Below, in pieces: positions 63,856-64,000 of a DNA stretch of 64,000 nt. Position 1 is the stretch's first letter. Every line of letters begins with the position of its first letter. Location: NCBI GenBank assembly GCA_030390025.1, contig CM059433.1:930001-994000 (forward strand), written 5' to 3'. Below the pieces are notes generated by a model, which had not been told where the DNA came from, made no database searches, and worked only from the letters and a program-made list of their open reading frames with translations. A program made the position numbers and the translations under genes. The DNA comes from Squalus acanthias (lineage: Eukaryota).

Positions 63856-64000
63856 GGGGTAGAAATTAGGTCGCGCCCCATTTGGGGCGCAAATATCGTC
63901 TGGACGCAAATATTAGCGCCTGGCGCTAATTATCGGCACTGACTGGAAACTTCACTTTTACCGCCCCGGGAGGTGAGTGGAGCGCTAAATCAGGTGCTGC
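63856..64000. mobile_element. Second related element, inverted relative to the end of the first; cut by the window end
   Basis: GGGGTAGAAATT...TTTGGGGCGC...ATTAGCGCCTGGCGCTAAT...AGTGGAG..CTAAATCA aligns with the reverse complement of ~63575-63721. Confidence 0.55.

Overview
Eukaryotic DNA, probably from a cartilaginous fish (shark/ray-type CR1 tails and a Deu-domain SINE; this host call is inferred from recalled repeat sequences). About 50 kb is one 25-bp G-rich tandem satellite (GTCTATGGGGATACAGTGAGCTGAT; 1-13709 and 21654-58122) with multi-kb higher-order duplications. A complete, very young 7,944-bp endogenous retrovirus sits in it on the minus strand (13710-21653). It has two 510-bp LTRs differing at 2 sites, a 4-bp AGCT target-site duplication, a tRNA-Ser-type PBS, a PPT, and uninterrupted gag, pol and env. 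The provirus has an unusual feature mix. Gag has two zinc knuckles and no myristoylation signal. Gag and pol are in frame, separated by one UGA-C codon with a downstream stem-loop. Env is gamma-type with a second N-terminal furin-like site. A 34-aa single-transmembrane ORF missing from the ORF track lies between the env splice acceptor and the env ATG, in a vpu/env-like layout. The last ~6 kb is decayed mobile DNA: a hAT MITE, CR1 and L2 fragments, a Tx1/L1-like ORF1 pseudogene bracketed by SINE pieces, and an inverted pair of palindrome-rich elements. No host gene was recognised.
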